This document shows positions 33,688-36,544 of a stretch of 36,544 nucleotides of DNA, one piece after another. Each line of letters starts with the position of its first letter. Position 1 is the stretch's first letter. The DNA comes from a virus (taxonomy: Duplodnaviria; Caudoviricetes). The stretch covers positions 1 to 36,544 of IMG/VR virus record IMGVR_UViG_3300042997_000106, one strand, 5' to 3'. Position numbers and translations under genes: made by a program. The notes beneath the pieces were generated by a model. That model ran no database searches. It had not been told where the DNA came from and saw only the letters and a list, made by a program, of their open reading frames with translations.

Positions 33688-36434
33688 TATTTAAGTGCTA
33701 TAAATTGTGGTAAAGTTAATGGGTCTTTTTGAGTATCTATTTTCAAAATTAACTCATCTAACTTATCGTTGTTTTCTTGTAATTGCGGAGCATCAGTTGC
33801 TAATTGGATTTGGTTACCAACGTAAAACGCTTGTTCATACGTTCCTTTTAACATACTTGAACGTCTACGAACTCCAGAACTAACATCTCTACCTACAATA
33901 TCAAAACCACTTATCCCAATAAATCTATAAGGTAAAGCATTTGTTGCTAATGTAGTCAATAGCGTTCCTGTTGCGTAATTATCCGTTGCAGTTGCAGTTG
34001 TTACTTTCCAAAGTTCATACCCTAAATTATCACCTCCCAATATTGATACCTGACTATCACCATTTGCATCTTCAATCAATACGTTTATAATTTCTGTATC
34101 AGTTGGAGTAATAGTTTTAGGTGGTGTCGCTTTCATTGCGTTGTACTTTGTGCTTTCATTAATTACAATAGATTTGTAAGTAATTGTTCCACTCGCTACG
34201 CCTACGATTGCACTTGCATCATCTTTGATTTTTACGTTGTAATTTCCAAAATCTAAATATAAACCATCTCTTGCAACTAATTGACCTAGTTTTATTCCTG
34301 TTTCAGAAAGTCTAAAGTTAGCGGTAGCATCATAAATTTGTGCTGTATCCGCTAAAGTTGTGTACGCTTGTACGGTTGCTAAAGTAGCTTGTGTAATACC
34401 TACATCTTCTTGGTCCGTAATATTATACCATACATTCCCGCCACTCAATACTAAAGTATCTGCTGTGCGTTTTTGTCCGTATTTTTCAGCAGCTAAATAA
34501 TACGTTCCTGCTTCACTTGGTGCAAAGTAAACGTAATAACTACCTGCATTTACATTTGATGCAAAATATTTAGTAGTACCATCTGCTTTGAATATACAAA
34601 GTGAATATCCGTTACTTGGTGGGTTTAATTCTAATACTGTTGAGGTTCCTGTACTATCTTGATAAATACCTGTAATTTGTGCAGTTCCTGTTAAGGTAAT
34701 TGTATTTGCCTTTAATGTAGTAAAATTTCCGCTACCTGTTGAAAGTGTTACTCCAGTACCTACATTAATAGTCCAACCAACATAATCAGAAGTTGAGTTT
34801 GCAGTTAAGCAATTATCAGCTTGAAATAAATTTGCAGTTTGGTTTAAAGCATATTGATAAGCATCATAAATTTGTTGGTAAGTTAAATTACCTGTAATAG
34901 TCATTACTTTTGTAGTAAAGTTAAAAGCAATACCTGTAATAGCTTGTGCTGTTGCAATTACTTTATCCGAAGTTGGTAATGAAGCGTGAGATGCTGAAAC
35001 TTCAAAAGTATTGTTGCCGCTTAAAGTAAGTGTAATAGGTTGTTTATCGTAACCGTATCTACTTAAAAAAGATGGGTGTGTTTCTGCTCCTTTTGTTTGA
35101 CCACTACAGAAAAATTTAGGTAAACTTTTTAAACCAGTTGAGTTGGCATAATCCCAAGCATAAATAAATTCAGTTTCAGCAAAACCTCCACTAATTAAAA
35201 TGTTTTTTTGTGATAAATCAAAAGTTATATCTGTTGTACCACCTTTTGCTCTAATTCCTGCTACATTTGCTCCTACAGGTTGAAAATAGAAATATCCATC
35301 ATTTAAAACATTACCTAAAGCATCTTTTGAAATTGCTTTTATTTGTTTTGAATATTCAATAACATTAAAATTTGCACCCCCAACATTTAGACTTTGCCAT
35401 ACAATATTAGTTCCCAACAAGTTATTTTTAAATCTAATCCAAGCACCTCCATAAGGTACAATTTGAGAGCCAGGATAATATGCTGATTGAATATATCTTG
35501 TATCATAATTCTCAATATTAATTCTTGTAGCAACTGATACAGATGATAGGTTAATTTCTGGTCCATCTGTAAAAATTGGTGTAAATCCTTTCAAACTAAT
35601 TTGAGGCACTCCAAAATTTAACCAAGTACCTATCCAAGTTTGCGTGGCTTGTAAATCAATTACAGGTGTTGTATTGTTTAATCTAATACGAGCTTGTGAT
35701 GTACCTGTTCCTTTTGCACACAAAATCCAACATTCATCCCCTTGTGTTGTAATACGTGCAAAGTTGCCACTAGACACAGTAAACCAATCACCACCAAAAC
35801 GAATACAAGCATCAATTACTGTTAATTTTGCTGGATAAGTAGCATTGGTGCTATTAAGTGCTGTTGCTCCACCCATTCCATTTGTACCTAACCAATCAAG
35901 ACCAGCATAAGGAATAGGACCATTACCTGCAGTTGATATTCTACCATTAAAAATTAACTCTCCACCTGAAACACTACCGTTAACCGTTAATCTATTATTA
36001 CAACTACCATCGTTTCGTAATTGTGCAACTGAACTTGATACTGTTAAAGTACCGTTAATAGTTAAATCTAAACCTCTACAATCAAAAGTTCTAAATAAAT
36101 CTCCCCTATTGGTAATTAGGAAACCTGTTGCAGAACCTAAACTTAAATTCATTGTATCAGTTCCAGTTTGTGTAATACCTGTTTGAACTGTAAAAGCTTG
36201 ACTTGTAAAAGTTGGAAAAGCTGTATCAACTGTTAAAGAAGTAGCTGATGCAATAGCTATAATAGTTCTTGTATTTGCACCTACTGTAATAGTTCCACCA
36301 ACCCTTGCTTGTGAGCCTGTTGGAATACTACCAAAACCAAAGGCAAAGGCTGTTCCTGTACCTGTTACTGTTGTAGTTCCTGCACAAGATACAGTTCCTG
36401 CTCCTGCTACTGCTGTATTATATGCAAATGCCAT
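33687..36434 (-). CDS. Large virion adhesin/tail-fibre-like protein, allele B (915 aa)
   Basis: Thr/Gly-rich beta protein; N-terminal GTVS..GTTTVTGTGTAF...TSLTVD fibre-type module; shares its C-terminal region with allele A. Confidence 0.8.
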   Translation of the reverse strand: MAFAYNTAVAGAGTVSCAGTTTVTGTGTAFAFGFGSIPTGSQARVGGTITVGANTRTIIAIASATSLTVDTAFPTFTSQAFTVQTGITQTGTDTMNLSLGSATGFLITNRGDLFRTFDCRGLDLTINGTLTVSSSVAQLRNDGSCNNRLTVNGSVSGGELIFNGRISTAGNGPIPYAGLDWLGTNGMGGATALNSTNATYPAKLTVIDACIRFGGDWFTVSSGNFARITTQGDECWILCAKGTGTSQARIRLNNTTPVIDLQATQTWIGTWLNFGVPQISLKGFTPIFTDGPEINLSSVSVATRINIENYDTRYIQSAYYPGSQIVPYGGAWIRFKNNLLGTNIVWQSLNVGGANFNVIEYSKQIKAISKDALGNVLNDGYFYFQPVGANVAGIRAKGGTTDITFDLSQKNILISGGFAETEFIYAWDYANSTGLKSLPKFFCSGQTKGAETHPSFLSRYGYDKQPITLTLSGNNTFEVSASHASLPTSDKVIATAQAITGIAFNFTTKVMTITGNLTYQQIYDAYQYALNQTANLFQADNCLTANSTSDYVGWTINVGTGVTLSTGSGNFTTLKANTITLTGTAQITGIYQDSTGTSTVLELNPPSNGYSLCIFKADGTTKYFASNVNAGSYYVYFAPSEAGTYYLAAEKYGQKRTADTLVLSGGNVWYNITDQEDVGITQATLATVQAYTTLADTAQIYDATANFRLSETGIKLGQLVARDGLYLDFGNYNVKIKDDASAIVGVASGTITYKSIVINESTKYNAMKATPPKTITPTDTEIINVLIEDANGDSQVSILGGDNLGYELWKVTTATATDNYATGTLLTTLATNALPYRFIGISGFDIVGRDVSSGVRRRSSMLKGTYEQAFYVGNQIQLATDAPQLQENNDKLDELILKIDTQKDPLTLPQFIALK
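34413..34702. repeat. Direct repeat X, copy 2
   Basis: Matches 1..290. Confidence 0.95.
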
Positions 36435-36544
36435 TATTTTCTGTCAATTAAAAAGATTAATAATATATATATTTTTCTGAATATCTTGCGAACTACTCCG
36501 CCAAAACTCCCTGCGTATCCTTTCATTAGATGTATGTTAAAGTT
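36422..36544. repeat. Direct repeat Y, copy 2 (includes a second copy of the 30-aa ORF at 36434..36526)
   Basis: Exact match to 1914..2036. Confidence 0.95.

Noticed and set aside
2432-35838. Remaining short plus-strand track ORFs (e.g. 7332..7811, 9590..9850, 22334..22717, 27890..28183)
   Set aside because: Antisense to well-supported genes, mostly non-ATG starts, no promoter or motif support.
1-36544. Direct terminal repeats of a linear virion genome
   Set aside because: The ends do not match each other; each matches an internal site ~2 kb from the other end, exactly for only 120-123 bp, which resembles an assembler k-mer overlap.
1-36544. Prophage/lysogeny module, tRNAs, CRISPR array
   Set aside because: No integrase, clear CI-like repressor, host genes, cloverleaf or repeat-spacer array seen by eye; tRNAscan-SE was not run.

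Overview
Apparently complete (~34.4-34.5 kb), circularly permuted genome of an AT-rich, lytic-looking siphovirus of Bacteroidota (probably Flavobacteriaceae; TAnnTTTG promoters, no Shine-Dalgarno sequences). Almost all genes are on the minus strand: recombination/replication genes (ERF, SSB, AAA helicase, NinG, Exo VIII-like), two paralogous DNA methyltransferases, a sigma-factor-like gene, terminase, tail, head, portal, tail fibre/lectin and lysis genes. No integrase, clear repressor, polymerase, tRNA, CRISPR or RT was seen. The window has an X-A-Y-[genome]-X-B-Y structure: it goes round the circle slightly more than once and holds two different N-terminal versions of a large virion protein (the left copy, 1..1926, is missing from the ORF track). 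Main signals: (1) two integron attC-like hairpins bracketing a single-gene cassette at 27039-27580, with no integrase in the genome; (2) the two-allele adhesin-like gene; (3) a five-copy late-promoter motif plus a phage sigma factor, and helically phased GTTAA direct repeats at host-type promoters; (4) an 18-aa motif shared by two unrelated virion proteins; (5) a -1 frameshift tail chaperone, a candidate pseudoknot before SSB, and apparent GATC depletion. All product calls come from motif recognition by eye, not database searches.
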